Source: Escherichia coli (GTDB lineage Bacteria > Pseudomonadota > Gammaproteobacteria > Enterobacterales > Enterobacteriaceae). From it: a DNA stretch of 64,000 bases. Both the position numbers and the translations under genes were made by a program. The first letter of the stretch is position 1. Each line of letters begins with the position of its first letter. Below are positions 12,298 to 22,557 of the stretch, piece after piece. The DNA is taken from assembly GCF_003019035.1 (NCBI RefSeq), contig NZ_CP027447.1. One strand, 5' to 3'. The notes below the pieces were generated by a model. That model was not told the origin of the DNA. It saw only the letters and a list, made by a program, of their open reading frames with translations, and did not search any database.

Positions 12298-13044
12298 ATG
12301 ATCGTTTTAGTAACTGGAGCAACGGCAGGTTTTGGTGAATGCATTACTCGTCGTTTTATTCAACAAGGGCATAAAGTTATCGCCACTGGCCGTCGCCAGG
12401 AGCGGTTGCAGGAGTTAAAAGACGAACTGGGAGATAATCTGTATATCGCCCAACTGGACGTTCGCAACCGCGCCGCTATTGAAGAGATGCTGGCCTCGCT
12501 CCCTGCCGAGTGGAGTAATATTGATATCCTGGTAAACAATGCCGGCCTGGCGTTGGGCATGGAGCCTGCGCATAAAGCCAGCATTGAAGACTGGGAAACG
12601 ATGATTGATACCAACAACAAAGGCCTGGTATATATGACGCGCGCCGTCTTACCGGGTATGGTTGAACGTAATCATGGTCATATTATTAACATTGGCTCAA
12701 CGGCAGGTAGCTGGCCGTATGCCGGTGGTAACGTTTACGGTGCGACGAAAGCGTTTGTTCGTCAGTTTAGCCTGAATCTGCGTACGGACCTGCATGGTAC
12801 GGCGGTGCGCGTCACCGACATCGAACCGGGTCTGGTGGGTGGCACCGAGTTTTCCAATGTCCGCTTTAAAGGCGATGACGGTAAAGCGGAAAAAACCTAT
12901 CAAAATACCGTTGCATTGACGCCAGAAGATGTCAGCGAAGCCGTCTGGTGGGTGTCAACGCTGCCTGCTCACGTCAATATCAATACCCTGGAAATGATGC
13001 CGGTTACCCAAAGCTATGCCGGACTGAATGTCCACCGTCAGTAA
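12298..13044 (+). CDS. ydfG: NADP-dependent 3-hydroxy acid dehydrogenase YdfG (SDR family)
   Basis: From MIVLVTGATAGFGECITRRF; glycine-rich NADP site and YxxxK catalytic motif; 248 aa. Confidence 0.9.
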   Translation: MIVLVTGATAGFGECITRRFIQQGHKVIATGRRQERLQELKDELGDNLYIAQLDVRNRAAIEEMLASLPAEWSNIDILVNNAGLALGMEPAHKASIEDWETMIDTNNKGLVYMTRAVLPGMVERNHGHIINIGSTAGSWPYAGGNVYGATKAFVRQFSLNLRTDLHGTAVRVTDIEPGLVGGTEFSNVRFKGDDGKAEKTYQNTVALTPEDVSEAVWWVSTLPAHVNINTLEMMPVTQSYAGLNVHRQ

Positions 13045-13132
13045 TTTTTATACCCGGCGTAACTGCCGGGTTATTGCTTGTCACAAAAAAGTGGTAGACT
13101 CATGCAGTTAACTCACTCACAAGCAAGAACGA

Positions 13133-13819
13133 ATGACCGTCGAAACGCAACTTAATCCCACACAGCCTGTCAATCAGCAGATTTATCGTATTCTTCGTCG
13201 CGACATTGTCCATTGCCTGATTGCTCCAGGCACACCGTTGTCGGAAAAAGAAGTTTCTGTTCGTTTCAATGTGTCACGCCAGCCAGTTCGTGAAGCCTTT
13301 ATTAAACTGGCGGAAAACGGCCTGATTCAAATTCGTCCGCAGCGTGGCAGCTACGTCAACAAAATTTCCATGGCCCAGGTGCGCAACGGCAGTTTTATCC
13401 GTCAGGCCATTGAGTGTGCGGTGGCGCGTCGGGCGGCGAGCATGATTACCGAAAGCCAGTGCTACCAACTGGAACAAAATCTTCACCAGCAACGCATTGC
13501 CATTGAGCGCAAGCAACTGGATGATTTTTTTGAACTTGATGACAACTTCCATCAACTCCTGACGCAGATTGCCGACTGTCAACTGGCGTGGGATACCATT
13601 GAGAACCTGAAAGCGACCGTTGATCGCGTGCGCTATATGAGTTTCGACCACGTTTCTCCACCAGAAATGCTGTTACGCCAGCATCTTGAGATTTTCTCTG
13701 CCCTGCAAAAACGTGATGGCGATGCGGTAGAACGTGCAATGACGCAACATTTGCAGGAAATCAGCGAATCCGTGCGCCAGATCCGCCAGGAAAACAGCGA
13801 CTGGTTTAGCGAAGAGTAA
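13133..13819 (+). CDS. rspR: GntR/FadR-family regulator RspR (YdfH)
   Basis: 228 aa; N-terminal GntR HTH and FCD-like C-terminus; matches recalled YdfH. Confidence 0.85.
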   Translation: MTVETQLNPTQPVNQQIYRILRRDIVHCLIAPGTPLSEKEVSVRFNVSRQPVREAFIKLAENGLIQIRPQRGSYVNKISMAQVRNGSFIRQAIECAVARRAASMITESQCYQLEQNLHQQRIAIERKQLDDFFELDDNFHQLLTQIADCQLAWDTIENLKATVDRVRYMSFDHVSPPEMLLRQHLEIFSALQKRDGDAVERAMTQHLQEISESVRQIRQENSDWFSEE

Positions 13820-13996
13820 TTCATTTCCTCTCATCCCATCCGGGGTGAGAGTCTATTCGCCCCGCCTTATGGCTCATGCATGCATCAAAAAAGATGTGAG
13901 CTTGATCAAAAACAAAAAATATTTCACTCGACAGGAGTATTTATATTGCGCCCGTTACGTGGGCTTCGACTGTAAATCAGAAAGGAGAAAACACCT

Positions 13997-14200
13997 ATGA
14001 CGACCTACGATCGTAACCGTAACGCAATCACCACTGGCAGCCGTGTTATGGTTAGCGGCACCGGTCACACTGGCAAGATCCTGTCGATTGATACTGAAGG
14101 TCTGACCGCTGAGCAAATCCGCCGCGGAAAAACCGTAGTTGTTGAAGGTTGTGAAGAGAAACTGGCACCTCTGGACCTGATTCGTCTCGGCATGAACTAA
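13997..14200 (+). CDS. ydfZ: Small protein YdfZ (putative selenium-binding)
   Basis: 67 aa [32 protein letters not shown]...; strong SD aaaggagaaa upstream. Confidence 0.85.
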
Positions 14201-14207
14201 GCGTGTG

Positions 14208-14237
14208 AATGCCGCCGATGGCGGCATTGCTTTTTTT
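14208..14237 (+). terminator. Rho-independent terminator after ydfZ
   Basis: aatgccgcc gatg gcggcatt hairpin followed by seven T. Confidence 0.6.
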
Positions 14238-15696
14238 ACTTCACGGAATATTTCGCCACGGTCGCTTTCGCACCATGCGCTAATAAAGACAAGTACGCTT
14301 CCGTCACTTTTGCAGTAAACAAGCTATTGTCTGGCAAATCATCACCAAAGATCGCCTTAATCGCCAGCAATGACTGGACGCGCGCTTTCCCTTCGGCACT
14401 ACTTTGTACAGCCTTCTGAATAACAGGTAACAGTGGGTCACTGATTTCTATCGGATTTCCCTGTTCATCAACACCACCGACATAACGCATCCAACCTGCG
14501 ACGCCCAGCGCCAGCAGATCGAACTTGCTGTCATGCGCCAGATGCCAGCGAACAGAATCCAACATCCGCTGTGGCAATTTCTGGCTGCCATCCATCGCAA
14601 TCTGCCAGGTTCGATGACGTAGCGCCGGGTTGCTATAGCGTTCAATTAATCGGTTAGCGTAATCTTGCAAATCAACGCCCTGCACTTTCAGCGTCGGCGC
14701 TTGTTCCTGCAACATCAAGGCATACGCTGCATGACGATAATGTTCATCTTCCATGCAGTCATTAATGTGCTGATATCCGGCAAGATAACCCAGATACGCC
14801 AGGAATGAATGACTGCCGTTGAGCATGCGCAACTTCATCTCTTCATAAGGCAGCACATCACTAACCAGTTCGGCTCCCGCTTTTTCCCATTCCGGACGTC
14901 CGGCAACAAAGTTATCTTCTATTACCCACTGGCGGAAAGGTTCACAGGCAACGCCAGCAGGATCGCGCACACCGGTAAGTTGTTCGATTTTCGCCAGCGT
15001 ATCCTCTGTCACTGCGGGCACAATACGGTCCACCATTGTTGATGGGAAAGTCACGTTTTCTTCGATCCATTGTGCCAGTTTTACATCAACAGCTTGCGCG
15101 TAGGAAGTGACAACGTCACGCATAACATGACCGTTTTCTGGCATGTTGTCACATGACATGACGGTAAATGCGGGAAGTCCTGCCGCTTTACGGCGAGCCA
15201 GCGCCTCAACAATCACCCCTGTTGCAGTTTTCGGCTGGTGGGGATTTTGTAAGTCGGCAACGACCATCGGGTGATCGAGCATTAACTGTCCGGTCGCCGG
15301 AGAGTGGAAATACCCTTTTTCGGTGATTGTCAGAGAGACAATCGCGATTTGCGGTTCACACATCGCAGCCAACACGGTTTCTAAGCCATCAATCTGTACG
15401 TGCAAGGCTTTTTTAACGACGCCAACGACGCGAGCCGTCCACGCATCGGCCGACATTTCCGCAACGGTATAAAGATTATCTTGCTGTTGTAAATCGGCAA
15501 TTTGCTGTTCGCCGCCGATTAAATTGACCTCATAATATCCCCAGTCACTGAAATGTTCCGTAGCAAGAATATCGGCATACACACCCTGATGCGCACGGTG
15601 AAATGCACCAAAGCCTAAATGAACAATTCTTGGGGCCAGGTTATTACGATCATAAACAGGGAGCGTCGCTTTTGCTGATAACAAATTATTTCCCAT
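14236..15696 (-). CDS. ydfI: Mannitol/mannonate dehydrogenase-family oxidoreductase YdfI
   Basis: 486 aa; Rossmann N-terminus ([12 protein letters not shown]) typical of long-chain mannitol dehydrogenases; gene order matches K-12 ydfI. Confidence 0.8.
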   Translation of the reverse strand: MGNNLLSAKATLPVYDRNNLAPRIVHLGFGAFHRAHQGVYADILATEHFSDWGYYEVNLIGGEQQIADLQQQDNLYTVAEMSADAWTARVVGVVKKALHVQIDGLETVLAAMCEPQIAIVSLTITEKGYFHSPATGQLMLDHPMVVADLQNPHQPKTATGVIVEALARRKAAGLPAFTVMSCDNMPENGHVMRDVVTSYAQAVDVKLAQWIEENVTFPSTMVDRIVPAVTEDTLAKIEQLTGVRDPAGVACEPFRQWVIEDNFVAGRPEWEKAGAELVSDVLPYEEMKLRMLNGSHSFLAYLGYLAGYQHINDCMEDEHYRHAAYALMLQEQAPTLKVQGVDLQDYANRLIERYSNPALRHRTWQIAMDGSQKLPQRMLDSVRWHLAHDSKFDLLALGVAGWMRYVGGVDEQGNPIEISDPLLPVIQKAVQSSAEGKARVQSLLAIKAIFGDDLPDNSLFTAKVTEAYLSLLAHGAKATVAKYSVK

Positions 15697-15784
15697 AACA
15701 ATTCCTTAAATATAAATATGGCAAGCTACATGTTTTGTTATATGAATAAAAATCCCCTCTCCGGTAAGAGAAGGGATGGAGGAT

Positions 15785-17068
15785 TTAAAGACTTCTGGAA
15801 GGTTGCGCAGCTCTGACAACATGCGGTTGATCTTCCGCAGCGTCTTCCAGCGCACTTAAATCACGGTCTTTCACTTCTGGCATTTTCAGCGCAGAAATTA
15901 AACCAATCACTGAATATGCCATGATCATAATTGCGATCGGATACCAGGATTCCGTCATGGTGCAGAAAATACCCGCCAGGATAGGACCAAAACCGGAAGC
16001 GATAAGACCACCAATTTCTTTAGAAATGGCCATCCGGGTAAAGCGGTTTTTACAGCCGAACATTTCTGCCATGGTAATGTTTTCCAGAGCAAATAATCCA
16101 AGCACCGCACAGTTATGAATCACAATCAGTGCAACCATAATGGTGCTCGGGGCATAGCTTTTATCTACGATGATAGAAAGCATTGGCCATGCCAGCACAA
16201 TCGCAGAGGTATTCATAATAATATACGGGATCCGGCGACCAATTTTATCGGATAACCAACCAAGGAACGGAATGGTCATAAAGCCGAGAATCGAACTGAT
16301 CATCAATGCATCTGTTGGAATTGCTTTGTTAAACAATAACGTCTGCACTAAATAGCCTGCAAGGAAAGTCTGAATTAAACCTGAGTTACCAGCCTGACCA
16401 AAACGCAGCCCTGTTGCCAGCCAGAAGGATTTGCTCTGGAACATGCTACCAGCAGGTGCAGGTTTTGCTGTAGGTTGGTTGCTGTCGTTAACCTTCTCAA
16501 AGACCGGGCTTTCTTTCAGATTCATACGCAACCAGATAGCAAAGACCATCACGACAACGCTCGCCAGGAACGGTATACGCCATCCCCACGCCAACAGTTC
16601 CTCTTTACTGAGAATGAAGAACATAAAGGCCCAGATTGCCGTTGCGCTCAAGGTTCCGCAGTTAGTCCCCATAGCAACAAATGAGGAGATAATTCCGCGC
16701 TTACCTTTTGGCGCATATTCCGCCAGCATCGTACCGGCACCGGAAATTTCCGCGCCTGCCCCCAGCCCCTGAATAATACGCAGCGTCACCAGCAAAATTG
16801 GCGCAAACACACCAATTTGTGCATAGGTCGGCAGCACACCAATTAAGGTGGTACAGATCCCCATCATGGTGATGGTAATAAAGAGCACTTTTTTACGCCC
16901 TATTCTGTCGCCCATTTTGCCGAAAATAAATGCTCCGACAATACGTGCCACATAACCTGCACCATAGGTTCCCATTGCCAGAATTAACGCCATTGCCGTT
17001 GACGATTCAGGAAAAAATATTTCATGAAAAACTAACGCTGCGCCGAGCGAATATAACTGGAAATCCAT
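15785..17068 (-). pseudogene. ydfJ: MFS (metabolite:H+ symporter family) transporter YdfJ, 5'-truncated at the prophage junction
   Basis: 427 aa ORF begins MDFQLYSLGAALVFHEIFFP, which aligns to the conserved (E)WFDFxxYG segment at the start of TM1 in ProP/KgtP-type transporters, so roughly 25-45 N-terminal residues are missing; an in-frame stop lies two codons upstream and prophage DNA follows. Confidence 0.75.
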
Positions 17069-17671
17069 AATTCACAGGTGTTTTTTCCCATCCTGTGGTT
17101 TCCTTGGCGTTTTCTAGGTTTTTTCAGATAGTTGCATTTTTTAAAAAGCATCCTAAGTTCGATCTCAGTGTCTATCTGGGGCCTATTTCTGTCCCATATA
17201 TGCCCCAAAAAAACTCCCCAACAGATAAGTAGTTTTTTCATGGATTTATGCGTAAAATCAAGAACGGCTGGAAATCATTCAATACTCACACTATCGAAAA
17301 ATTTACCAGCCAACCGCAGCACGTTCTTGCATAAGGCGTGTCTGCGGTTTTTCAACTATTCAGATACATCACTCCCATCACATTCATTCCTCCGCATCAA
17401 AGGCATATAGGCTATATCACCTTGATATTTTTCTTTTTCAGATAAAAACTGTTATCTATGTATACTTTTAAACCCAATCCGTGTAGAGTCTCTGCATAAG
17501 ATAGTTTGCAGTTGCCGCTTCAGCTTGCGCCATAAACCGCCTGATTTTTGCTGCCACCTGTTAGCATTCCTGTATACCTGAAACGACAATGTTTATCTAC
17601 GAACTTTAAGAACACCCAAGATAAAAATTGTCAACTATATCATATATAACACATTACTAATTCGAGGCTAT

Positions 17672-17785
17672 ATGAACAGCATACTGATAATCACTTCTCT
17701 CCTTATCATATTCAGCATTTTTAGTCATGCCCTAATAAAATTAGGGATTGGCATATCCAATAACCCAGACAAAACCGATGTATAA
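17672..17785 (+). CDS. Hypothetical 37 aa hydrophobic peptide upstream of ydfK
   Basis: cgaggctat-ATG with good SD spacing; [37 protein letters not shown]; single predicted TM helix; AT-rich context just inside the prophage end. Confidence 0.35.
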
Positions 17786-17853
17786 GTCAACATATCCTGA
17801 ATCAGACATACAATATCGCAATGAAAATCAATAATATTTTAAGGAATATCTTC

Positions 17854-18087
17854 ATGAAATCAAAAGACACCCTAAAGTGGTTCCCTGCGCAGCTTCCTGA
17901 AGTAAGAATTATCCTAGGGGATGCTGTAGTGGAAGTAGCAAAACAGGGAAGACCTATCAATACCAGAACATTGCTTGATTACATTGAAGGAAACATAAAG
18001 AAAAAATCATGGCTGGATAACAAAGAATTATTACAAACAGCGATATCAGTTCTTAAAGACAACCAAAATTTAAATGGTAAAATGTAA
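17854..18087 (+). CDS. ydfK: Cold-shock-induced prophage protein YdfK (YnaE paralogue)
   Basis: ORF 17821..18087; from MKSKDTLKWFPAQLPEVRIILGD the 77 aa protein matches recalled YdfK. Confidence 0.8.
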   Translation: MKSKDTLKWFPAQLPEVRIILGDAVVEVAKQGRPINTRTLLDYIEGNIKKKSWLDNKELLQTAISVLKDNQNLNGKM

Positions 18088-18403
18088 TATAATAAACTTA
18101 CTTTTTTATCATTTTTCCACTTTAACAACATTTTGCTCCACTTTTCCACGACCAAACAACTTGAAATCTGGTTAAAATAACACGCAACACTATTCTTCTT
18201 CCTTGAGTCCGCCCGGAACTCGAAAAACAAACCGAGTTAAAGCCATTTCTCACAAAACCGATTTTGGGTCTCACCAAAATTACGGGGTTGCATACGCATT
18301 CGTTTATTTTCGAACGTGTACATACAAATATGCACAAAAATAATCAAAATTATTTTCTGAGATGCATTATGATATGAACACCAATTTCGTATAGAGTCTC
18401 ACT

Positions 18404-18994
18404 ATGTCTCGAATTTTTGCTTACTGTCGGATATCAACGCTGGATCAGACCATCGAAAATCAACGCCGGGAAATCGAAAGTGCAGGTTTTAAAATCAAAC
18501 CTCAGCAAATAATCGAAGAACACATTAGCGGCTCAGCAGCAACCAGTGAGCGTCCTGGTTTTAACCGGTTGCTTGCTCGCCTGAAATGTGGTGATCAATT
18601 GATTGTGACAAAACTGGATCGCCTTGGTTGTAATGCAATGGATATCAGGAAAACAGTGGAACAACTGACCGAAACAGGTATCAGAGTGCATTGCTTAGCA
18701 TTGGGGGGCATTGACCTGACCAGTCCAACAGGAAAAATGATGATGCACGTAATTTCAGCAGTCGCTGAATTTGAACGAGACCTTTTACTTGAACGCACTC
18801 ATTCCGGGATAGTAAGAGCCCGCGGCGCAGGGAAACGTTTTGGTCGACCACCTGTGTTAAATGAAGAACAGAAACAGGTGGTATTCGAACGAATTAAGTC
18901 AGGTGTAAGTATAAGTGCCATTGCCCGGGAATTCAAAACCTCGCGGCAAACCATTTTAAGAGCCAAAGCAAAACTTCAGACACCTGATATATAA
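18404..18994 (+). CDS. pinQ: Serine recombinase / DNA invertase Pin (Gin/Hin/Cin family)
   Basis: 196 aa; N-terminal catalytic serine motif YCRISTLDQ and C-terminal HTH; matches recalled PinQ/PinE. Confidence 0.9.
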   Translation: MSRIFAYCRISTLDQTIENQRREIESAGFKIKPQQIIEEHISGSAATSERPGFNRLLARLKCGDQLIVTKLDRLGCNAMDIRKTVEQLTETGIRVHCLALGGIDLTSPTGKMMMHVISAVAEFERDLLLERTHSGIVRARGAGKRFGRPPVLNEEQKQVVFERIKSGVSISAIAREFKTSRQTILRAKAKLQTPDI

Positions 18995-19094
18995 AAAATA
19001 ATCTCGGTGTGAGATGCTTTACGTCTTCCAAGCCCCCTTCCTTGCCGTAAATGGAAAGATACATCTAATTATAGAATTTATATGTTTTACCCTA

Positions 19095-19210
19095 CGGCAG
19101 TGCTGGCCATTCAATATCCTGTGCAGTTGACGTATCAACACGGTTCAGCAATACCCGATACTTTTTCCATGCTTCCAGCAACGAGGTTTCTTCCTCCGTT
19201 GCATATACAG
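19095..19210 (-). pseudogene. 3' remnant of a tail fibre assembly gene (Tfa C-terminal domain only)
   Basis: Minus-strand frame encodes ...[36 protein letters not shown]-stop, close to the conserved Tfa C-terminus (lambda Tfa ...[33 protein letters not shown]), but the upstream part of the ORF ([12 protein letters not shown]...) is unrelated and overlaps the next gene. Confidence 0.6.
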
Positions 19211-19221
19211 CCCACCTTTTT

Positions 19222-19515
19222 TCACCCACGATTAACCAACAGCCAGACCAGCAGACACGCCACCACCGGCACAGCAAAATCCATCAGGCTTGCCACATCC
19301 CACGCGCGCGGATCAAAACCGCCCCACCACGGCATATTCATTCGCTTGCCATGCCCGAACATTTCAATCCAGCGATATTCTGCCTGGGTATGTTCACGCG
19401 CAATGAAGAACGTACAACCGGCTATCGCTCCGTAAGCCCAGTTTCCGGTAAAAAGACCAACCAGTATCTGCGCAGCCACAGCACAAAGTGCATGAAGTAA
19501 GGGGCTTATATCCAT
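19222..19515 (-). CDS. Hypothetical small membrane protein (about three TM segments) downstream of the tail fibre gene
   Basis: 97 aa; [39 protein letters not shown]... and C-terminal [13 protein letters not shown] hydrophobic segments; follows stf and the 92 aa ORF on the same strand with short spacers. Confidence 0.5.
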   Translation of the reverse strand: MDISPLLHALCAVAAQILVGLFTGNWAYGAIAGCTFFIAREHTQAEYRWIEMFGHGKRMNMPWWGGFDPRAWDVASLMDFAVPVVACLLVWLLVNRG

Positions 19516-19527
19516 TATTTCCTCCTT

Positions 19528-19806
19528 TCAGCTCCATTCCCGAAGCGGTGTTTCCAGCTCCACGACATAATCAGAGAATACAGAAACATCAAACAAGTCA
19601 TCAAGAATGCGAATGTTGACAAAATAACCGTTATTCCGGATACAGACAGGTTCTCCCTCTTCAGTTACCCCTGTTTCTGTGTAGGTGAAACCAATTTCAT
19701 CGACTAACAGTTTATTCTGGAGGTCTTCATCTTCCTCCCAGTCAAGAGATGACAGGAAGGATTTAAACTCTCTGTTACCAGGAAATTTCAAAGTTAAATC
19801 TTTCAT
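19528..19806 (-). CDS. Hypothetical acidic small protein, translationally coupled to the tail fibre gene (possible fibre chaperone)
   Basis: 92 aa; start overlaps the stf stop (ATGA overlap at 19803-19806); acidic, no Tfa-like motifs. Confidence 0.5.
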   Translation of the reverse strand: MKDLTLKFPGNREFKSFLSSLDWEEDEDLQNKLLVDEIGFTYTETGVTEEGEPVCIRNNGYFVNIRILDDLFDVSVFSDYVVELETPLREWS

Positions 19807-21833
19807 ACTGCCTCCTTGATTTGCCTGTCATTTAATTCTTTAAACCAGACTCTGAAATTTCTGATGTGTCCAAACAAATGACGCGTTCCTGCTGCGGTCT
19901 GCCCACCAAACCGGTACGATGTTGCTGTAACTCCAAATATTTTACCATTAAGGTTTGTTGTATAATTACCATTGCATATTGCATTTACTGATAAATCAGA
20001 TTTAGCTCTCACACCCACAATGAACCTTTCTCCATCTGAGGAAATTTGTGGCTGAACCATTCCTACGTTGGCGCTTATCTTTCCTGTTGAAACAAACCCC
20101 AGCGATAAATAATTATCATCAATACTGTGCCCTCCAACATCAAATATCCTTGGCGCAACATTGGGCGGTGTACTCCAGTTCCTCCTTACTTCGCACAATA
20201 CTGTAAAAGGCCGTGTTGACAGGTTATTCGCCGAGGGGATAGTAACCACATCACTTGCGCGTGTTGTTGGCATTGTAGTTACAATAAATGACGATGCCGT
20301 ATTGCCCAGTTCAATTTGCGGCGTCGTCATGGTTAATGTTGAGTCATCATAGAATGGCTCATTACTTATTTTATTTGTCATATAAAAAGCACAGTTAACG
20401 GTATCAATGTCCGTATTAGCTGTATAAGTGGCCTCATAGTAGGTCCACTCGCCCTGTTGTTCAGCTTTGGCTGTTATAAGGGATGTATTACCGCTTACTG
20501 TTGCGATCCGGGTATCCAGATCAAGATAAGAGTCAGCAGAGAATGTATCTGTTCCACCAATAATAACTGAAACTCTTAACCTGCATCGTGCTTTAGCGCC
20601 TTTAACCCGGCACGAAAAAGTGAAACATTCACCACTTGCCAGCGGGAATCTGTCTGCTGCAACCACACCATGCACAGTATAGCCACCTGTTGTTCCCACT
20701 ATACTTTCCGTGGGTGTCACCGTGGCATAATTGAACCCCTGTTTATCAGTGCCAAATGTTTTATTCAGTGCGGAATGAACAGTCCATGAGTCTGGTTTAT
20801 TTGAGTTCCTCAGATAATTTGTCCTCTGTCCTTCAATCAATAAGCCATCGCGCTCAAATCGCGGTTCGTCAACTTCAGCAAGCTTGAGTTGGCCGGACTT
20901 ATTAATATACGTTGCTGTTGAAGCACGTTTAAACTTAACAATCTTGTCGCCTGGCATTGTTATTTCATCGTCACCAATAACAATCTTTTTATAAGATGGC
21001 GAAAAACCCGTAATCATATCCAGCGAATCGTTAAACGGTATCCACACATCAGGCAGCGGCGGCACTATATTCGCATAGGGCTCTGCAGTCACTTCCGCTG
21101 CGGCTTCTGCGCGGTCTGCCGCCTTTTCAGCTCGTGTCGCTGCCGACAGAGCCTCATCCTTTTTCTGCCCGGCCTTTGTTGCGTCTGCTGCGGCCTCCCG
21201 CGCTTTTGTGGTGGCGACTCCGGCATTTTCAGCGGCTGACTCTGCATTACGGCGGGAAGCCTCTTCACTGTCTGCGGAGGCTTCTTCTGACGCACGGGCA
21301 TTTGTCTCTGAACGTTCTGCCGCTGTTGCTGCGTTTTGTGCGGCTGTTTTTGAAGAAGCTGCCGCTTTCGCGCTGTTACCTGCATTCGTCTCTGATGTTT
21401 TCGCCGCGTTCCTGGACGATGCCGCTGCTGTTTCTGATTTCTTTGCTGCCGCTGCGCTCTGAGAGGCGGCTTCAGCGTTGCGTGCTGCTTCTTCCACCAT
21501 TGCCTCAAAACGACGCAATGCCTCCGGCATGACATCATCTTCCGTCATGGCACCGAGAAAATCATTCAGCGTACCAGGTCTGGAACCTTCATAGACGGTA
21601 ATGGTTCCGGCATGTGAAGGCGGAAAACCTTCAACCAGCAGGGTGACGCTGTACTGGCCATACTCGACATCCATGCTGTAACGCCCGGCTTCATCCGGAT
21701 TTTCAGAGGCTACCGTGTTCACCAGTACCGTGGTGCTGTTACGCTTTGCCTTCAGTTGAATAGTGCAGTTCTGTATTGGTTTTCCCGCACCATCTTTCAG
21801 CACACCTGAGATTTTTACTGCTGCCATATCCAC
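19803..21833 (-). CDS. stf: Side tail fibre protein (Stf-like): lambda-type N-terminal anchor and Ala-rich shaft, divergent C-terminal receptor-binding region
   Basis: 676 aa; N-terminus M(DM)AAVKISGVLKDGAGKPIQNCTIQLKA... resembles lambda Stf; long Ala/Ser/Glu-rich repeat region (aa 120-240); C-terminal ~430 aa unlike what I recall for lambda Stf. Confidence 0.8.
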   Translation of the reverse strand: MDMAAVKISGVLKDGAGKPIQNCTIQLKAKRNSTTVLVNTVASENPDEAGRYSMDVEYGQYSVTLLVEGFPPSHAGTITVYEGSRPGTLNDFLGAMTEDDVMPEALRRFEAMVEEAARNAEAASQSAAAAKKSETAAASSRNAAKTSETNAGNSAKAAASSKTAAQNAATAAERSETNARASEEASADSEEASRRNAESAAENAGVATTKAREAAADATKAGQKKDEALSAATRAEKAADRAEAAAEVTAEPYANIVPPLPDVWIPFNDSLDMITGFSPSYKKIVIGDDEITMPGDKIVKFKRASTATYINKSGQLKLAEVDEPRFERDGLLIEGQRTNYLRNSNKPDSWTVHSALNKTFGTDKQGFNYATVTPTESIVGTTGGYTVHGVVAADRFPLASGECFTFSCRVKGAKARCRLRVSVIIGGTDTFSADSYLDLDTRIATVSGNTSLITAKAEQQGEWTYYEATYTANTDIDTVNCAFYMTNKISNEPFYDDSTLTMTTPQIELGNTASSFIVTTMPTTRASDVVTIPSANNLSTRPFTVLCEVRRNWSTPPNVAPRIFDVGGHSIDDNYLSLGFVSTGKISANVGMVQPQISSDGERFIVGVRAKSDLSVNAICNGNYTTNLNGKIFGVTATSYRFGGQTAAGTRHLFGHIRNFRVWFKELNDRQIKEAV

Positions 21834-21835
21834 TC

Positions 21836-21866
21836 CACAAAAAAGCCCGCCTGAACCGGCGGGCTG
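21836..21866 (-). terminator. Rho-independent terminator downstream of lom
   Basis: Minus strand agcccgccggttcaggcgggct hairpin followed by a T-run. Confidence 0.5.
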
Positions 21867-21891
21867 TCATAACACTGTGTTACCTGGCTAA

Positions 21892-22491
21892 TCAGAATTT
21901 ATAACCGACACCCACGATGAAACCGTCAGTGCGCCAGTCACCACTGCCGGAACCTTCATAAGCAAGGTCAATGGCCACGGATTCGGTCGGGTTAAACTGC
22001 ACGCCAGCCCCCCACGCCAGAGACGTGTTGCTGTGGCGACCGTCATCACTTCCGGTCAGCACATCGTGCGTTTTCCCCTTGTTGTCAGTTACGCGGAGAT
22101 AATCCCCGGAGAAGGTCGACACACGGCTGTAAGCCATACCCGCCATCGCATACGCGCTGAACCATTCATTCACGCGCACAGACGGCCCCGCCATCACGCT
22201 GAACCAGCGGTTACGCACGGAATCTTCATGCCAGCGGGTATCGCTGTAATGCGTTTTTTGCTCATCTTTGGCATTGGCATAACTGAATGACGTCACCAGC
22301 CCCAGCGTGTCCGTAAACTCATAACGGTATTTCACGTTAATCCCGTTCAGATCATCGCTGCCGGGAACGTTCGTCGAGGCATGAAGATACCCCGCGCTCA
22401 GCGTGGACTGATGTTCAGACGCCCATGCAGGCGCACCGGATACGGCCAGACAAATGGCTACGGACAAAATGGCGGCATAAAGTTTACGCAT
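21892..22491 (-). CDS. lom: Outer membrane protein Lom (Ail/Lom/PagC family)
   Basis: 199 aa with signal peptide; beta-barrel ending GVGYKF as in lambda Lom. Confidence 0.9.
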   Translation of the reverse strand: MRKLYAAILSVAICLAVSGAPAWASEHQSTLSAGYLHASTNVPGSDDLNGINVKYRYEFTDTLGLVTSFSYANAKDEQKTHYSDTRWHEDSVRNRWFSVMAGPSVRVNEWFSAYAMAGMAYSRVSTFSGDYLRVTDNKGKTHDVLTGSDDGRHSNTSLAWGAGVQFNPTESVAIDLAYEGSGSGDWRTDGFIVGVGYKF

Positions 22492-22557
22492 AATTACCTC
22501 TCGCTTTTCTGCAATAAAAAAGGCGTCATTTCTGACGCCCGTTATGGGTTATAAAAT

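Noticed and set aside
17032-17241. 69 aa minus-strand ORF spanning the ydfJ/prophage junction
   Set aside because: Overlaps the ydfJ start in another frame and crosses the junction; no SD; likely a chance ORF.
17132-17410. 92 aa plus-strand ORF starting with TTG just inside the prophage
   Set aside because: Non-ATG start without SD, low-complexity translation; more likely non-coding att-proximal DNA.
19001-19015. Hairpin ATCTC-GGTGT-GAGAT right after the pinQ stop as a transcription terminator
   Set aside because: Only a 5-bp stem and no T-run; better explained as a recombination-site-like inverted repeat (reported as a low-confidence finding).
21089-21538. Overlapping ORFs (149, 132 and 84 aa) on both strands inside stf
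   Set aside because: All fall within the Ala/Ser-rich repeat region of the tail fibre gene; repetitive GC-rich codons keep alternative frames open.
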